From: Candidatus Latescibacterota bacterium
GTDB taxonomy: Bacteria; Latescibacterota; UBA2968; UBA8231
Reading direction: 5' to 3'
Length of the DNA stretch: 64,000 nt
NCBI GenBank assembly: GCA_964291625.2
Contig: OZ220089.1
Location: 704,001 to 768,000 of the forward strand
Translations under genes and position numbers: made by a program
Part shown: in pieces, positions 28,393-40,057 of the stretch
Numbering within the stretch: position 1 is the stretch's first letter
Layout of the letters: each line of letters opens with the position of its first letter
The notes under the pieces: model-generated
The model's input: only the letters and a program-made list of their open reading frames with translations
Databases searched by the model: none
Told to the model about the DNA's origin: nothing

Positions 28393-30350
28393 GGCTAACC
28401 CGAGTACGCATCCAGAACTTTCGAAGCATCATCGATTCAGATGAAATCGCAATTCGGGACGTGACCTGTCTAGTTGGCAAGAATGAGTCAGGCAAGACCG
28501 CCTTGCTCCAAGCTCTATACCGCTTGAATCCCATCATCGCATCTGAGGGTAACTTCGATGCTACGGATGACTATCCCCGCAGCTCCGTATCTGACTACGA
28601 GGAAGATGTCCAAGCTGGCAGACGTGAGCAGTCTGAGGTTGTTCAAGCCGTCTACGAACTTGACGAAGAGGACATCTCCGCTGTCAAGAGTACATTCGGC
28701 ACGAGCTGTTTCACCGCCGACGCCCCAGCAGTAACCCTCACCAAGGGGTATGGGAATGAACTCGAAGTAAGTGATTTAGATGTAGACTGCAAGGAGGCTT
28801 TGGGCCACCTTATAGAAGTCGCGGATCTCCCACAGCAAGTTGCAGGTGAGTTGAATCAGGTGGACTCGATCAGCGACATGGTTACGGTCCTCTCTGAAGC
28901 CGAACAAACCGAAGCAGTTTCTAATCTCACCCCCATTTTGGAGGGTGTCACTGAGTACGGACTTCCCCGGTACATCTTCGATGGAATCCTTAAGGATCGT
29001 TTGCCTGCCTTTCTCTATTTTGACGAATACTACCAGATGAAAGGGCAGGACAACCTCGATGCACTCAAGAGTCGCCTCGACACCAACACCCTCGATGAGT
29101 CTGACCACCCGCTCCTTGGACTCATGGATATCGCAGGACTGAGGATAGACGAGCTTGTTAACCCGGGCCGTACGGAAACACTGATCGCGCGTCTTGAAGC
29201 CGCTGAGAATCGACTTACACAGAAGGTTCTGACCTACTGGTCTCAAAACAAGCATCTGCGCATGAAATTCGACATCCGACCAGCGCAGCCAGGTGATGGT
29301 GCCGATATGACTTCCGGTACGAATGTTCTGGGACGCGTGGAGGATACGAAACACATGGTGAGTACGCCGCTTGGGACACGCTCGCGAGGCTTCGTCTGGT
29401 TTTTCTCATTCCTCGCCTGGTACTCCAAACTCCAAAGAGAAGGCAGGCGCCTTATCCTCCTTCTGGACGAACCCGGTCTGTCTCTCCATGGAAAGGCGCA
29501 AGGAGACCTTCTTCACTATTTCGAGGAAGAACTCAAGCCTCATCACCAGCTCTTGTACACGACTCATTCACCGTTCATGGTTGACTCACGGCACTTTGAT
29601 CGCGTCAGAATAGTCCAAGACCTGAGTATCGAGGCCGACTCGGCCGATCTGCCTTACGAGCAGCGAGGCACCAAGGTACTGACCGATGTGCTTGAGGCAA
29701 CCTCGGACAGTCTTTTCCCAATCCAGGGAGCTCTCGGCTATGAGATCTATCAATCGCTATTTGTCGGTCCAAACTCTTTGGTCGTAGAAGGTGTTTCCGA
29801 CCTGCTGTACATCCAAACCATTTCAGCACTCCTTCAGGAGCGAGGTCATCAAGGCCTGAGTCTCGACTGGACCATCACTCCTGTGGGTGGAGCCGATAAG
29901 ATCCTGACATTTGTCGCGTTAATGGGAGCGCAGTCCAACCTTAACATAGCAGTCCTAGTTGACTATCAGAAGAAGGATCATCAAAGCATAGAAAACCTCT
30001 ACAAGAGCAAACTACTCAACAAGAAGAAAGTGATCACCTTTGCAGACTTTTTGGGCGCTGCTGAAGCCGATGTAGAGGACATGTTTGACCCCGAGTTCTA
30101 TCTTGATCTGGTGAACGGAGAGTTCGGATCCGCTATTTCCATTGAAGATCTGACCCAGGAGCATCCTCGGATTCTCCGACGACTCGAGGGCTTTCTTGGA
30201 AAGAGCCCTCTTCCGGACGGTGTGGTCTTCAACCACTTTCGACCCGCTCGCTTCCTCGCTGAGAACATTGGCTCTCTTGGCGAGGAACTGAACGATGAGA
30301 CTCTCGATCGGTTCCAGCGGGCATTCGATGCGCTGAATCGCCTTCTGTAG
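28389..30350 (+). CDS. OLD-family ATP-dependent nuclease (ABC ATPase + TOPRIM)
   Basis: IQNFRSI, VGKNESGKT, LLLDEPGLSLH, TTHSPF, VVEGVSD, ADVED. Confidence 0.85.
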   Translation: MRLTRVRIQNFRSIIDSDEIAIRDVTCLVGKNESGKTALLQALYRLNPIIASEGNFDATDDYPRSSVSDYEEDVQAGRREQSEVVQAVYELDEEDISAVKSTFGTSCFTADAPAVTLTKGYGNELEVSDLDVDCKEALGHLIEVADLPQQVAGELNQVDSISDMVTVLSEAEQTEAVSNLTPILEGVTEYGLPRYIFDGILKDRLPAFLYFDEYYQMKGQDNLDALKSRLDTNTLDESDHPLLGLMDIAGLRIDELVNPGRTETLIARLEAAENRLTQKVLTYWSQNKHLRMKFDIRPAQPGDGADMTSGTNVLGRVEDTKHMVSTPLGTRSRGFVWFFSFLAWYSKLQREGRRLILLLDEPGLSLHGKAQGDLLHYFEEELKPHHQLLYTTHSPFMVDSRHFDRVRIVQDLSIEADSADLPYEQRGTKVLTDVLEATSDSLFPIQGALGYEIYQSLFVGPNSLVVEGVSDLLYIQTISALLQERGHQGLSLDWTITPVGGADKILTFVALMGAQSNLNIAVLVDYQKKDHQSIENLYKSKLLNKKKVITFADFLGAAEADVEDMFDPEFYLDLVNGEFGSAISIEDLTQEHPRILRRLEGFLGKSPLPDGVVFNHFRPARFLAENIGSLGEELNDETLDRFQRAFDALNRLL

Positions 30351-30355
30351 CAGGC

Positions 30356-30400
30356 GGCGCGATAGGGGGCGATGGGGGCGCGAATCGGAATCCTGTGGGG
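30356..30400 (+). repeat. G-tract element 2
   Basis: GATAGGGGGC GATGGGGGCGCGAATCGGAATCC. Confidence 0.6.
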
Positions 30401-30432
30401 CCCAGCGTCAACCGAATCCGAGGAGGAGGTCC

Positions 30433-32103
30433 ATGTCTCTCGCTACCCAGATCATTGACCAGCAGGTCTCCGGCATCCTCCAGAGACACGGGGAGGCCCA
30501 TGCCGAGGAATTGCGGCTGGGCACCGACGAACAGAAGAAACGTTCAGTAGCCTTCCTGTTCCTGGTCGCCGGAGCGGCATTCGATCTGGACGACGAGGAG
30601 ACGCTCGACGGCATTGTCGATGGTGGCAACGACTTCGGAGTCGATGGACTGTACTTCGAGCCACCCGACGACGGTGAGCTTCACATCACCTTGGTGCAGG
30701 GCAAGTACAGGGGTAATCTCGCAGGGGACGCGGCATTCCCCGAGAACGGTATCGCCGGGATGATCGACGCGATCGGCGCCCTCTTCGACCCGGCAAAGCC
30801 CGTAACCTTGAACCAGCGATTGGCCCAGCGCGTGGAGGACATACGTTCGCTGGTGGCGAATGGCGCGATTCCTCGGGTGACCGCGGTGGCCGCCAACAAC
30901 GGGGTCCGCTGGACAGTGGAGGCACAGCAGCGGATCGACCGCGCCACCGGGGAATTCGGAGGGCAGGTCGAGTGGCGTCACATCGGGGCCGATGAACTGC
31001 TGGCCCTGCTGCAGGCCCAGAAGCCGATCAGCGCCGAGCTTCGGTTTACCGGGCAGGCTACGGTCGAGACCTTCGACTTCCGCCGTGTCCTGATAGGGCG
31101 CATGTCGGTCGCGGAACTCGCGCGCCTGGCCCATGAGTACGACAACCTGCTCTTCGAGAGGAATATCCGCCGCTACCTAGGCCTCGCGGGAAACCGCGTG
31201 AACGAGGCGGTCGCCGCCACCCTCCGTGAGCCGGATCAGCGGTCGAACTTCTACTTCTACAACAATGGCGTCACGATCACCTGCTCCCAGTTCCGGCACA
31301 ACGCCCTTCAGCAGGAGAACTGGAGGGTCCAGGTAGATGGCCTGCAGATCGTCAACGGCGGGCAGACGGCCCGCGTCGTCCAGCAGGTAGCCGAGGAAGT
31401 CGGGCCCGAGATCGAAGCAGCGGAGGTTCTGGTCCGAATATACGAGCTTCCGCAGGACGACAGGGAGCTTGTCGAGGCGATTACCTTCGCCACGAACAGC
31501 CAGAATCCAGTCGATCTGAGGGATCTGAAGGCCAACGATCCGCGCCAGCAGGCCCTCGGCACTTCGATCGCCGGTCTGGGATACACGTACCGCGCCAAGC
31601 GCGAGGATCGGGCTGTATCCGCGGGGGAGTTCACTAGCGCCGCAGTCGCAGAAGCCGTGCTGGCGATCTGGCGGCACCGCCCGCATCAGGCGAGGTTCGG
31701 CAGGCGGCAACACTTCGGCGCGCTGTACGATACGATCTTCACCGCGGATCTGAACGGCGCCCAGGCCGTTCTGGCCGCCCTCCTGCTCAGGCATGCGGAG
31801 AATCGCCGGAGGAGACCCCCGGAGGACGCTCCGGACTTCCTTGCCTATGGTTCCCGCTACATCGCCATGCTGATGGGGCGCTATCTGCTCGAAGAGCTGG
31901 AGGTCGGGCTCGACGGCCTCGACCACCGGACCTTCGAGCCGGCGCTGAAGCTGGTCGAGCAGAAGTCGGACACTTATCTGCCTCGCGCCGAGGAAGCGAT
32001 CGCGGAGGCTCTCGTTCGCTTGTTCAATGGGACAGACCCCACGCTGCAACGGCTGTCGGCGACCTTCCGGCGGGCCGACCTCGTCCACATGCTCCTCCAA
32101 TGA
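30433..32103 (+). CDS. AIPR family (abortive infection phage resistance) protein
   Basis: DGGNDFGVDG, QGKY, LFERNIRRYLG, FYFYNNGVTITC, QIVNGGQT, TNSQNPV. Confidence 0.9.
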   Translation: MSLATQIIDQQVSGILQRHGEAHAEELRLGTDEQKKRSVAFLFLVAGAAFDLDDEETLDGIVDGGNDFGVDGLYFEPPDDGELHITLVQGKYRGNLAGDAAFPENGIAGMIDAIGALFDPAKPVTLNQRLAQRVEDIRSLVANGAIPRVTAVAANNGVRWTVEAQQRIDRATGEFGGQVEWRHIGADELLALLQAQKPISAELRFTGQATVETFDFRRVLIGRMSVAELARLAHEYDNLLFERNIRRYLGLAGNRVNEAVAATLREPDQRSNFYFYNNGVTITCSQFRHNALQQENWRVQVDGLQIVNGGQTARVVQQVAEEVGPEIEAAEVLVRIYELPQDDRELVEAITFATNSQNPVDLRDLKANDPRQQALGTSIAGLGYTYRAKREDRAVSAGEFTSAAVAEAVLAIWRHRPHQARFGRRQHFGALYDTIFTADLNGAQAVLAALLLRHAENRRRRPPEDAPDFLAYGSRYIAMLMGRYLLEELEVGLDGLDHRTFEPALKLVEQKSDTYLPRAEEAIAEALVRLFNGTDPTLQRLSATFRRADLVHMLLQ

Positions 32104-32119
32104 ATCCCTGGGACGCCAT

Positions 32120-32308
32120 TTGGGGCGTCGTGGGGCGTCTTCCGGGGGCCTATGGGGCGTCCTTGGGGGCGTCTTGCTGAGGCTCTTCGGGGGGTATTGG
32201 GGCAGAAATGGGCGTCTTGGGGGGGCGTCTTGGGGGCCTCAATGGGGGCGTCTTGGCGGAGGGTCGTCGCATGGGCAGGGGGCGTGATGGGGGCGAGATC
32301 GAGAATCC
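32120..32308 (+). repeat. G-tract element 3
   Basis: Many GGGGCGTCTT/GGGGCCT units ending in GATGGGGGCGAGATCGAGAATCC (32286-32308). Confidence 0.8.
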
Positions 32309-32340
32309 AGTGGCCAAGCGTACAGTACCGATAGCGATCC

Positions 32341-35292
32341 ATGACTGAGCTCAGCATCACCGAGGCCGGCGCCGTCCAGTTCCCCATGGTGCGGCACGCC
32401 GCCGAGGTCGGCTGGATCGCCATCTCCCCGCAGCAGGCCATGCGCAAGCGGGGCAGCGCCGCCGGGATGCTGTTCCGCGACGATCTCGAAGCAAAGCTGG
32501 CGCAGCTCAATCCGTGGATGAGCGAGGTCGCCATCCGCCAGGTCGTCGAACGGCTCGAAGCGATCCCTCCCTCCATCGAAGGCAACCGCGAAGTGCTCGC
32601 TTGGCTGCGCGGCGAGCGGCAGGTGTACGACGAAGCCGACGAGCGCAACCGGCGGGTCCGGCTTGTGGACTTCGAGCACCCCGCCGCCAACAGCCTGCAC
32701 GTCACCTGGGAGTGGAGGGTCAAGCCGCCGGCCCGCAAGGGAAACCGGGCGGACGTCATGTTCGTCGTCAACGGGGTTCCCGTCGCCATTGTCGAGCACA
32801 AGAACCCGAAGGACGCCAACGCCATCGAGCGAGGCGTCTCTCAACTCAGGCGATACGAAGAGGAGACGCCCGAGCTGATCGCCGCGCCTCAGCTCTTCAA
32901 CGTGACCCATCTGCTGGAGTACTGGTACGGCGTGACCTGGAACGCTACCCGGCGCTTCATGGCACGGTGGAAGGAGGAGCCCGAGGAGAGCTACAGGTTC
33001 GCCGTTCAGACCTTCTTCGAGCCAACGGACTTCCTGCGCACCCTCGAACGCTGGATCCTCTTCTACGTCGAGGACGGCGAGACCCGGAAATCCGTGTTGC
33101 GCCAGCACCAGCGCCTCGCCATCGGCAAGGTCGTCGAGCGCTGCCAGGACCGGGCGAAGAGGCGCGGGTTGATCTGGCACACCCAGGGGTCGGGCAAGAC
33201 CTTCACCCTGCTGACCGCCGCGCGCCTGATCCTGGAAGACAAGCAGGGCTTCGAAAACGCCACCGTCCTCCTCGTTGTCGACCGGATTGAGTTGGAGGGT
33301 CAACTCAAGGGCTGGGTGGAGAGGCTCCTGGGCGAGATGCAGCAGCAGGAGATCCCGGTCTGGCCGGCGCGGTCCAAAGAGGAGGTGCAGGAGCTGCTTC
33401 GGACCGACAAGCGCGGTCTGATCCTCTCCATGATCCACAAGTTCGAGGGGATCGACCGCGATGCGAACACCCGCGGCAACATCTACGTCTTCATCGACGA
33501 GGCGCACCGCTCGGTGGCCAGGGATCTCGGCACCTACATGATGGCGGCCGTGCCGAATGCGACCATCATCGGCTTCACCGGCACCCCGGTGGCCCGGACC
33601 ACCCAGGGCGAAGGGACCTTCAAGATCTTCGGCGTCGACGACGAGCGGGGCTATCTCGACAAATACTCGATTCGGGAATCGATCGAGGACGAAACCACCC
33701 TGCCTCTCCGCCATACCATGGCGCCGAGCGGGATGACGGTGCCGGTCGAGCGGCTCGACAGGGAGTTCTTCGAGCTGGCCGAGGCCGAAGATGTGACCGA
33801 TGTGGACGAATTGAACAGAGTCCTCGACCGGGCCGTGGGCCTGCGCACTTTCCTCACGGCCGATGAACGGATCGAGAACGTGGCGGCCTTCGTGGCGGAC
33901 CACTTCAAGCAGAACGTCCTGCCTCTCGGCTACAAGGCCTTCCTCGTCGGTGTGAACCGCGAGGCCTGCGCGAAGTACAAGCGCGCTCTCGATAGGCTGC
34001 TGCCGGCAGAGTGGTCGGAAGCCGTGTACACCGAGAACGCCGCCGATGTCGTGGACCGGCCCCTCGTCGCCGAGTTACAGCTCTCGCCGCAGCGCGAGGC
34101 GGACGTGCGCCTCAGCTTCAAGAAGGACGGCGAAGATCCGAAGATCCTGATCGTCACCGACAAGCTTCTGACCGGCTACGACGCGCCGCTGCTCTACTGC
34201 ATGTACCTGGACAAGCCGATGCGGGATCACGTTCTGCTGCAGGCAATCGCGCGCGTGAACCGCCCCTTCGTCGACGCCGAGGGCGGCCGCAAGCGCATCG
34301 GCCTCGTCGTCGATTTCGTGGGCGTGCTGCGCGAGCTGCAGAAGGCTTTGCGGTTCGACTCCTCCGACGTCAGCGGCGTGATCGAGGATCTCGATCTGCT
34401 GCTCAAGGACTGCCTGGATAAGATCGAGCGGGCGAGGGCGGAGTTCCTTGGCACCGAGGGCAGCGCCGGCGAGGACGAGCGTCTGGAGAGGCTGGTCTAC
34501 GGCCGCTTCCTCAGGCCGGAGTCGCGCAAGGCCTTCTTCGAAGCCTACAAGGAGATCGAGGCGCTCTGGGAGATCCTGTCGCCTACGCCGGAGCTGCGCG
34601 GCCATGTGGCCACCTTCAAGCGGCTGGTAGAGCTCTACACCGTGCTCCGTAACGCCTACGAGGGTCCAGTCAGGTACGAGGCCGCCCTCGGCCGCAAGAC
34701 CCACGAATTGGTGCAGGATAGTGTCATCCAAGGCAGCCTTGGGGATCTGGTCAGGACAGTGACCTTCGACGCGGAGACCATCGAAGCGCTGCGAGGCAAG
34801 CCGGGCTCCGACGAGGCCAAGATCTTCAACCTCGTGCGGGGCCTGCGGGCCGAGATCGACAGCGACCCGGACTCGGCGGCTTTGCTCCGACCCCTGAGGG
34901 AGCGCGCCGAGCGCATCCTGGAGGACCTCGGGAACCGCAACAGTACCAGCCTCGCGGCCCTGAACCAGTTGTCGACGCTCGCGGAGGAGAAGGAAGAGGC
35001 GGCCAGAGCGGCGAGAGAGAGCGGCCTGTCTCCCCGAGCCTTCGGCGTCTACTGGACTCTCAAGGACGATAGGGCGCTCAAGGCCGCGGGTACCTCTGCA
35101 GCCGAGCTGGCGCAGGAGGCGGAAACGCTGCTCGCCCGGTTTCCGAATGCAGCTCTGAACCCCGACGAGCAGCGGCGGTTGCGGGCTTCTCTCTACCGGC
35201 CTCTACTCGGCGTCGAGCGGGATGAACGGGGACGGGTCGTGGATGCCATCATCCGAATCCTGCTTGGTACGGACGCCGATGCGGAGTCATGA
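32341..35292 (+). CDS. hsdR: Type I restriction endonuclease subunit R
   Basis: [12 protein letters not shown]…VEHK nuclease, [35 protein letters not shown]. Confidence 0.95.
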   Translation: MTELSITEAGAVQFPMVRHAAEVGWIAISPQQAMRKRGSAAGMLFRDDLEAKLAQLNPWMSEVAIRQVVERLEAIPPSIEGNREVLAWLRGERQVYDEADERNRRVRLVDFEHPAANSLHVTWEWRVKPPARKGNRADVMFVVNGVPVAIVEHKNPKDANAIERGVSQLRRYEEETPELIAAPQLFNVTHLLEYWYGVTWNATRRFMARWKEEPEESYRFAVQTFFEPTDFLRTLERWILFYVEDGETRKSVLRQHQRLAIGKVVERCQDRAKRRGLIWHTQGSGKTFTLLTAARLILEDKQGFENATVLLVVDRIELEGQLKGWVERLLGEMQQQEIPVWPARSKEEVQELLRTDKRGLILSMIHKFEGIDRDANTRGNIYVFIDEAHRSVARDLGTYMMAAVPNATIIGFTGTPVARTTQGEGTFKIFGVDDERGYLDKYSIRESIEDETTLPLRHTMAPSGMTVPVERLDREFFELAEAEDVTDVDELNRVLDRAVGLRTFLTADERIENVAAFVADHFKQNVLPLGYKAFLVGVNREACAKYKRALDRLLPAEWSEAVYTENAADVVDRPLVAELQLSPQREADVRLSFKKDGEDPKILIVTDKLLTGYDAPLLYCMYLDKPMRDHVLLQAIARVNRPFVDAEGGRKRIGLVVDFVGVLRELQKALRFDSSDVSGVIEDLDLLLKDCLDKIERARAEFLGTEGSAGEDERLERLVYGRFLRPESRKAFFEAYKEIEALWEILSPTPELRGHVATFKRLVELYTVLRNAYEGPVRYEAALGRKTHELVQDSVIQGSLGDLVRTVTFDAETIEALRGKPGSDEAKIFNLVRGLRAEIDSDPDSAALLRPLRERAERILEDLGNRNSTSLAALNQLSTLAEEKEEAARAARESGLSPRAFGVYWTLKDDRALKAAGTSAAELAQEAETLLARFPNAALNPDEQRRLRASLYRPLLGVERDERGRVVDAIIRILLGTDADAES

Positions 35293-38200
35293 AGAGCGGC
35301 GGAGCCGCCTCCGCGACCGCGTCGAGTACTGGGCGCGAAAACTGCGGGTTCGCCCCCGGGTGGTCCGGGTTCAGCACATGACACGGAAGTGGGGTTCCTG
35401 CTCGACGGCCGGCATCATCACCCTCGCCATCGACCTAGCCGATCAGGAGCCGGGATTTCGGGACTTCGTCATCGCCCACGAACTGCTGCACCTGCGCGTG
35501 CCCAACCACGGCAAGCTGTTCAAGGCGCTGATGACCCTGCATGTTCCCGGTTGGAGGGCATACGACCTGGACCGGCGCCCCCGCCCCCAACCAATGCCGG
35601 ATCGGCTCGGTCGCGCCACCAAGAGTGGCTTAACCCAGCTCGTGCCTAAGCCCGTGGACGACAGCCGGCGAATGACCGGCCACGACTACAAGACACCCGG
35701 CCTCCTCAGGGCAGGCTTCCAGTATCAGGATCTCGTCGCAATCGAGATCCTCATCGAATTCTACAGACAACGCGATCTCTACGCCTGGGTCCAACTCGAA
35801 GCTGAAGAACGAGAATTCCGATCGATCGAGGATGTAGTCGCCTGTAGGCCCAACGGTCTCTACGAGCTAACGCAAGTCAAATTCACCGCCGATCCGGACT
35901 CTTCCTCCAACACCCTTAGCTGGGAATGGCTCACGGCTAGTGGCGGTGCCCGCAGGAGGTCCCTGCTGCAGAAGTGGGCACAGACAACTCTCCACCACAA
36001 GGAAGCTTGCACGCTTGCCTCTGCAGCCCTTAAGACAGACCGCATCCCAGATGCTGGGTTCGCCCAATGCCTCAAGGGGACCAAAGTCGACTACTCCCTT
36101 CTGCCAACACAACTCAGAGCTAAGGTCGAAGACCAGATCGGATCTGCCCAAGCTGCCCAGTCCTTCTTCCAGGACTTCCACTTCTTTCACTCCCAACCGA
36201 TTCTTGATGACCTCGAAGACAGACTCCGGTCACAGATCGCCTCGGACACCAACCGGGCCGGCTTCGCTCTCTTCAGGGAGCAAGTTCAACGCTGGTCGAC
36301 ACGAAAGGACCAACCAGCACCAAACGGGAGAATCAAGTACATCCATCTTCGACAGGCGCTCTCAGTCGAGCGTTCCAGGCCGATACCCCAGGACTTCCTC
36401 CTGCCCCCTACATACAGCGTCCCCGACGCGGACTTTGACAGGGCGTTTCTCGCAGAAATCACCGGCTCAAGCGGCCTGACCGTACTGTGGGGGCCGCCCG
36501 GGCGCGGCAAGAGCACCTACCTCAGCCATTGCGTTGCTAGTCTCAATCAAGAGACTTTCGTATGCATCCGCCACCACTACTTTCTGAGCCTTGAAGACCG
36601 ATCTCAGGGCCGCTTCCATTACCATGCGATCTCTCAATCCCTTCGACATCAGCTCGATCAGGCACTTCCAGATCTGGAGAGATCGGCTGCCGATCCTGGC
36701 GACCTAGGAAAGTATCTTGAAGTCGCGGCTAGCCTGCTGAAGGAGAAGGACCGCCGACTAATCATGATCGTTGACGGGCTAGATCATGTATGGCGTGAGC
36801 ATCGAGATCACGAGGACATGGAAACCCTGTTCGAGGCCCTTCTCCCACTGCCGGAAAATGTCCGGTTGGTTGTTGGGACACAGAAAATCTCTTCCGCACA
36901 TCTGCCCACGAGTCTCCTAAACGCTCTTCCGCCCGAGGAATGGACCGAGCTGCCACTGATGTCTCAGGTGGCAGTACACCGCTGGATCCGCTCGCAAGAC
37001 AAAGCCGGCAGGCTGAATCTGAGACTCACCGCAGGCCAGAAGCGTCCCAACATGGTCCGTACGATAGCCCGAGCCTTCTACGACATCTCACAGGGCTTGC
37101 CGCTCCATTTGATCTATTCATTCGAGGCGCTCGCCCGAACTGGCGCGGTAGTAACGCCAGAGGACGTGGCAGCACTTCCGGCTTGCCCTTCGGGCGATAT
37201 ACGGAACTACTACCGCTCATTCTGGACAAGGGCGGACGCCAAGGCTCGCACAATCCTCCATGTCTTGGCCGGCCTCGAATTCGGGCCTCCTGCGTTTGCG
37301 ATTTCCGACTGCTTCGGACGCTGCAACCAGAGCCTGACTTCGCTGGCGGAGATTAGTCATCTGCTTGACTACACAGAGACGGAAGTCCGGCCTTTTCATG
37401 GAAGCCTATTCTCGTTCGTGCGGGATCTTCCCGAGCATGAGGTCGCTTTTGCCGCCCATGCCGCTGATGTCCTCGCATGGCTAGAAGTCTCCGCTCCGGA
37501 GTATTGGCGCTGGGCTTGGCTCTGGATCACTAAGGCACAACTCGGCGACTCATCGGATCTCCTTGCCGGCCCCAACCGCGAGTGGGCGATCAGTTCCCTC
37601 GTAGCTGGATTCCCCATTGAGCAGCTCGTTACCATACTTGATCACGCCGAGAAAGCTGCATTCGACGCATTCAATCTACCACGGCTTCTTGCCCTACGCT
37701 TGCTCAAGACTCGGGCAGTGAATGGACCCGAATTCCAGACAGATCAGTGGCCACTCCTTCAGGAAGTCGCGCTTTCCTTGTCTTCAGATCCCTACGCTCT
37801 GCCAAACTTGCAGTCACGGCTCCATCGTGCGTCTGCCGAACTGCTGCCCTTCCTTGTCCGTACCACCGATAGCTCGAACCGTTCCGAAGTCGCCCAGAGT
37901 GCAATCGAGGAATTGAACGGCCGTATTGATCGTCTACTCGCCGATGAGACTTCGAGTGGAGAGCGCCAAGCGGCGCTGGTTGACGCCTTAGTAGCTGTCG
38001 CAGGAACAGTGAGACGCCCTGAGGCGCCCCGGTTCGTAAAGTCCCCGCGGAGTGGAGAGATCTCTGATGCCCTACTTGGAACCTACGCCCGCACATCTGT
38101 GCTTACCCTAAACTTCGAGAATGTCCTCGAGGCAAGTACGCACCGATCGGGCCACAACCTCGACCGGGAGGTTCTTGCTGTACTGTGCCTGGAGGGCCTT

Positions 38201-40057
38201 GACCCCTCCATGAAACCCGACCTCAAGGCACTCACACATCCGGCACTCCGCTGTCTGACAATCCTCAAAGGCGGTCGCGCCAAGCGCTCCCGCACGCGGA
38301 GAAACCTCTCAGACTTGTTTCCGACGAGGAAGGGTTCTGTTCCTGGATATTCGGAAGATGTACATGCGGTTGCATACAACGTGTTCTTTGCTGCCCTGGC
38401 TTCAGGACTCAGTGGACGCAGTGCCCGCGGCTGGTCAAAGATGCCAAGTGAGGCTGAGGCAACTTGGTTCGGCGATGCCGTTCGCTCACTTGAGCGGTTA
38501 GCGGAGGCGATTGCACAGAGATGGACCGAAAGCGGACGATGGCCAGCCCTTTGTGAAGTCTACGGGCTCTTGGACTTGCAGGAACCTCCAACGAAGGATC
38601 ATGATGTGCGCCTATGCCTTATAGGCACTCGTCTGGCCCTGCGAGATATCGCAGTTGACCTATGCACTATCGCAAGGGGCTTGGATCCTTCTGCTCGGAT
38701 CGGGATTGAGGACATTGAGTCCGCTTCGCAATCCCCCTTTTGGCTAGACGATCTTTGGATAGACTGCTTTAGCGAGCGACGGTTGCCGTTGCACACGCCC
38801 GAGGCAGCACAGGCGCTTGTGGAGCGGGTTGAGCGCCACCTTGATTCTACGATCACCGAATTCAACGAACGTACGGCAACCGCCGCCAAATTGGCCATCT
38901 TTGCTCTCGCCAACAATCTCCCTCTACTCGCTCAGAAGGAGCTTAGGCGAGGGGTAGGATGCGTACTCAGTTACGGTTGGCACAAGGACTTGCTCGCTCT
39001 TGAGGTGGTCAAATCGCTAGATTTGCTGGCAGAGTGCGGTGATGCCAGGGTTTCCCAGACCTTGCTTAGCCTAGCAGGCGAATTCGAGGCCATAGGAGAG
39101 TACACAGACGGGGATGAAACGGACTTCGCTCGCGAGGCCTATCTCAAGGCAATCGGGAGGCACTTCCCAGAGCGAATTCCGACCTGCTTCGCACACCTGA
39201 TTCACGCCGAAGATTGGCGATATGCGGAAGTGCTGTCCACTTCGATGCTGGGGGCCTGCGAGGCGGGAGATCCATTTGCACAAGCCTTATTCGAGACCTA
39301 CATAGGCCCTTCGGAGATACAGGCTCTCCAAGCCGCTTCACGAGTCGAGCCTCATTCCGCAGCGGCTGTATCTGCTGTTCTCAAGAAGACAGGGAGGACT
39401 AGCGTCCGAAAAGGTGCTAGGCCCGTTGAGGGCCCAAACTTTGGCGATGGCGCCGAGTCCTCCGAACCGGATGTGGAAGTACCTGATCCAGGCAAGTTCC
39501 CTCCCGGTCTCCTCCACGCGTACCTGGACGCCATTCGTGAGGTTCGGCCCTACGACCATGGGCGAAGCCTCGTTACCGAGTGGCTAGAGTATTGGGAGAC
39601 CAACGGGCAGGCTGAGAGAGCTCTGGCCGATCTCGAGGCGACAACCTCCCCAACCGAGGCTCGTCTCGATCTCGATGACGCTTTCGACGTAGCTTTCGAA
39701 ATCGCACTCAGGATCCAAGGGCGCTCCAGGGCTTACAAGTGGCTCATTTGCGCCCACACCACTCGTTCGGGCTGGCTGCGGTGGTGGACCTCGGATGAAG
39801 AGGCACACGCTAGATTCAAGGTCTTTTCTGCACACTATCGGGAGAAGTGGCAGGACTTTGTTACGGCTACCGCGAGGCCGGTGTACTCAACCAGAATCGA
39901 GGGAAACGGCATCACTGTAGGTCAGTCTCGCCTAATTTGCTTTCTGGTGCAAGTCGGCCAATTTGATGTTGCCCACGCTTGTTCCTTGGAGATGGCTGAA
40001 GCCTTTCGGCAGGCGGTAGCCGAACAGCCGATTGAGGCACCTGAGTGGTCAAAGTGA
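35279..40057 (+). CDS. M48/YgjP metallopeptidase in-frame with a Cap4-like nuclease-STAND NTPase (Avs-like); internal start possible at 35672
   Basis: RKWGSCS…[13 protein letters not shown] (M48), no stop, then from ATG 35672: AGFQYQD…EDVV…QVKF (PD-(D/E)xK), GPPGRGKST (Walker A), IVDGLD (Walker B) and a long helical C-terminus. Confidence 0.8.
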   Translation: MRSHEERRSRLRDRVEYWARKLRVRPRVVRVQHMTRKWGSCSTAGIITLAIDLADQEPGFRDFVIAHELLHLRVPNHGKLFKALMTLHVPGWRAYDLDRRPRPQPMPDRLGRATKSGLTQLVPKPVDDSRRMTGHDYKTPGLLRAGFQYQDLVAIEILIEFYRQRDLYAWVQLEAEEREFRSIEDVVACRPNGLYELTQVKFTADPDSSSNTLSWEWLTASGGARRRSLLQKWAQTTLHHKEACTLASAALKTDRIPDAGFAQCLKGTKVDYSLLPTQLRAKVEDQIGSAQAAQSFFQDFHFFHSQPILDDLEDRLRSQIASDTNRAGFALFREQVQRWSTRKDQPAPNGRIKYIHLRQALSVERSRPIPQDFLLPPTYSVPDADFDRAFLAEITGSSGLTVLWGPPGRGKSTYLSHCVASLNQETFVCIRHHYFLSLEDRSQGRFHYHAISQSLRHQLDQALPDLERSAADPGDLGKYLEVAASLLKEKDRRLIMIVDGLDHVWREHRDHEDMETLFEALLPLPENVRLVVGTQKISSAHLPTSLLNALPPEEWTELPLMSQVAVHRWIRSQDKAGRLNLRLTAGQKRPNMVRTIARAFYDISQGLPLHLIYSFEALARTGAVVTPEDVAALPACPSGDIRNYYRSFWTRADAKARTILHVLAGLEFGPPAFAISDCFGRCNQSLTSLAEISHLLDYTETEVRPFHGSLFSFVRDLPEHEVAFAAHAADVLAWLEVSAPEYWRWAWLWITKAQLGDSSDLLAGPNREWAISSLVAGFPIEQLVTILDHAEKAAFDAFNLPRLLALRLLKTRAVNGPEFQTDQWPLLQEVALSLSSDPYALPNLQSRLHRASAELLPFLVRTTDSSNRSEVAQSAIEELNGRIDRLLADETSSGERQAALVDALVAVAGTVRRPEAPRFVKSPRSGEISDALLGTYARTSVLTLNFENVLEASTHRSGHNLDREVLAVLCLEGLDPSMKPDLKALTHPALRCLTILKGGRAKRSRTRRNLSDLFPTRKGSVPGYSEDVHAVAYNVFFAALASGLSGRSARGWSKMPSEAEATWFGDAVRSLERLAEAIAQRWTESGRWPALCEVYGLLDLQEPPTKDHDVRLCLIGTRLALRDIAVDLCTIARGLDPSARIGIEDIESASQSPFWLDDLWIDCFSERRLPLHTPEAAQALVERVERHLDSTITEFNERTATAAKLAIFALANNLPLLAQKELRRGVGCVLSYGWHKDLLALEVVKSLDLLAECGDARVSQTLLSLAGEFEAIGEYTDGDETDFAREAYLKAIGRHFPERIPTCFAHLIHAEDWRYAEVLSTSMLGACEAGDPFAQALFETYIGPSEIQALQAASRVEPHSAAAVSAVLKKTGRTSVRKGARPVEGPNFGDGAESSEPDVEVPDPGKFPPGLLHAYLDAIREVRPYDHGRSLVTEWLEYWETNGQAERALADLEATTSPTEARLDLDDAFDVAFEIALRIQGRSRAYKWLICAHTTRSGWLRWWTSDEEAHARFKVFSAHYREKWQDFVTATARPVYSTRIEGNGITVGQSRLICFLVQVGQFDVAHACSLEMAEAFRQAVAEQPIEAPEWSK

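Noticed and set aside
28389-30350. Gabija or retron assignment for the OLD nuclease
   Set aside because: No UvrD-like GajB or reverse transcriptase is adjacent.
30388-30405. GAATCCTGTGGGGCCCA as a possible att copy of the tRNA 3' end
   Set aside because: Short gapped match in the middle of the island, better explained as part of the G-tract element.
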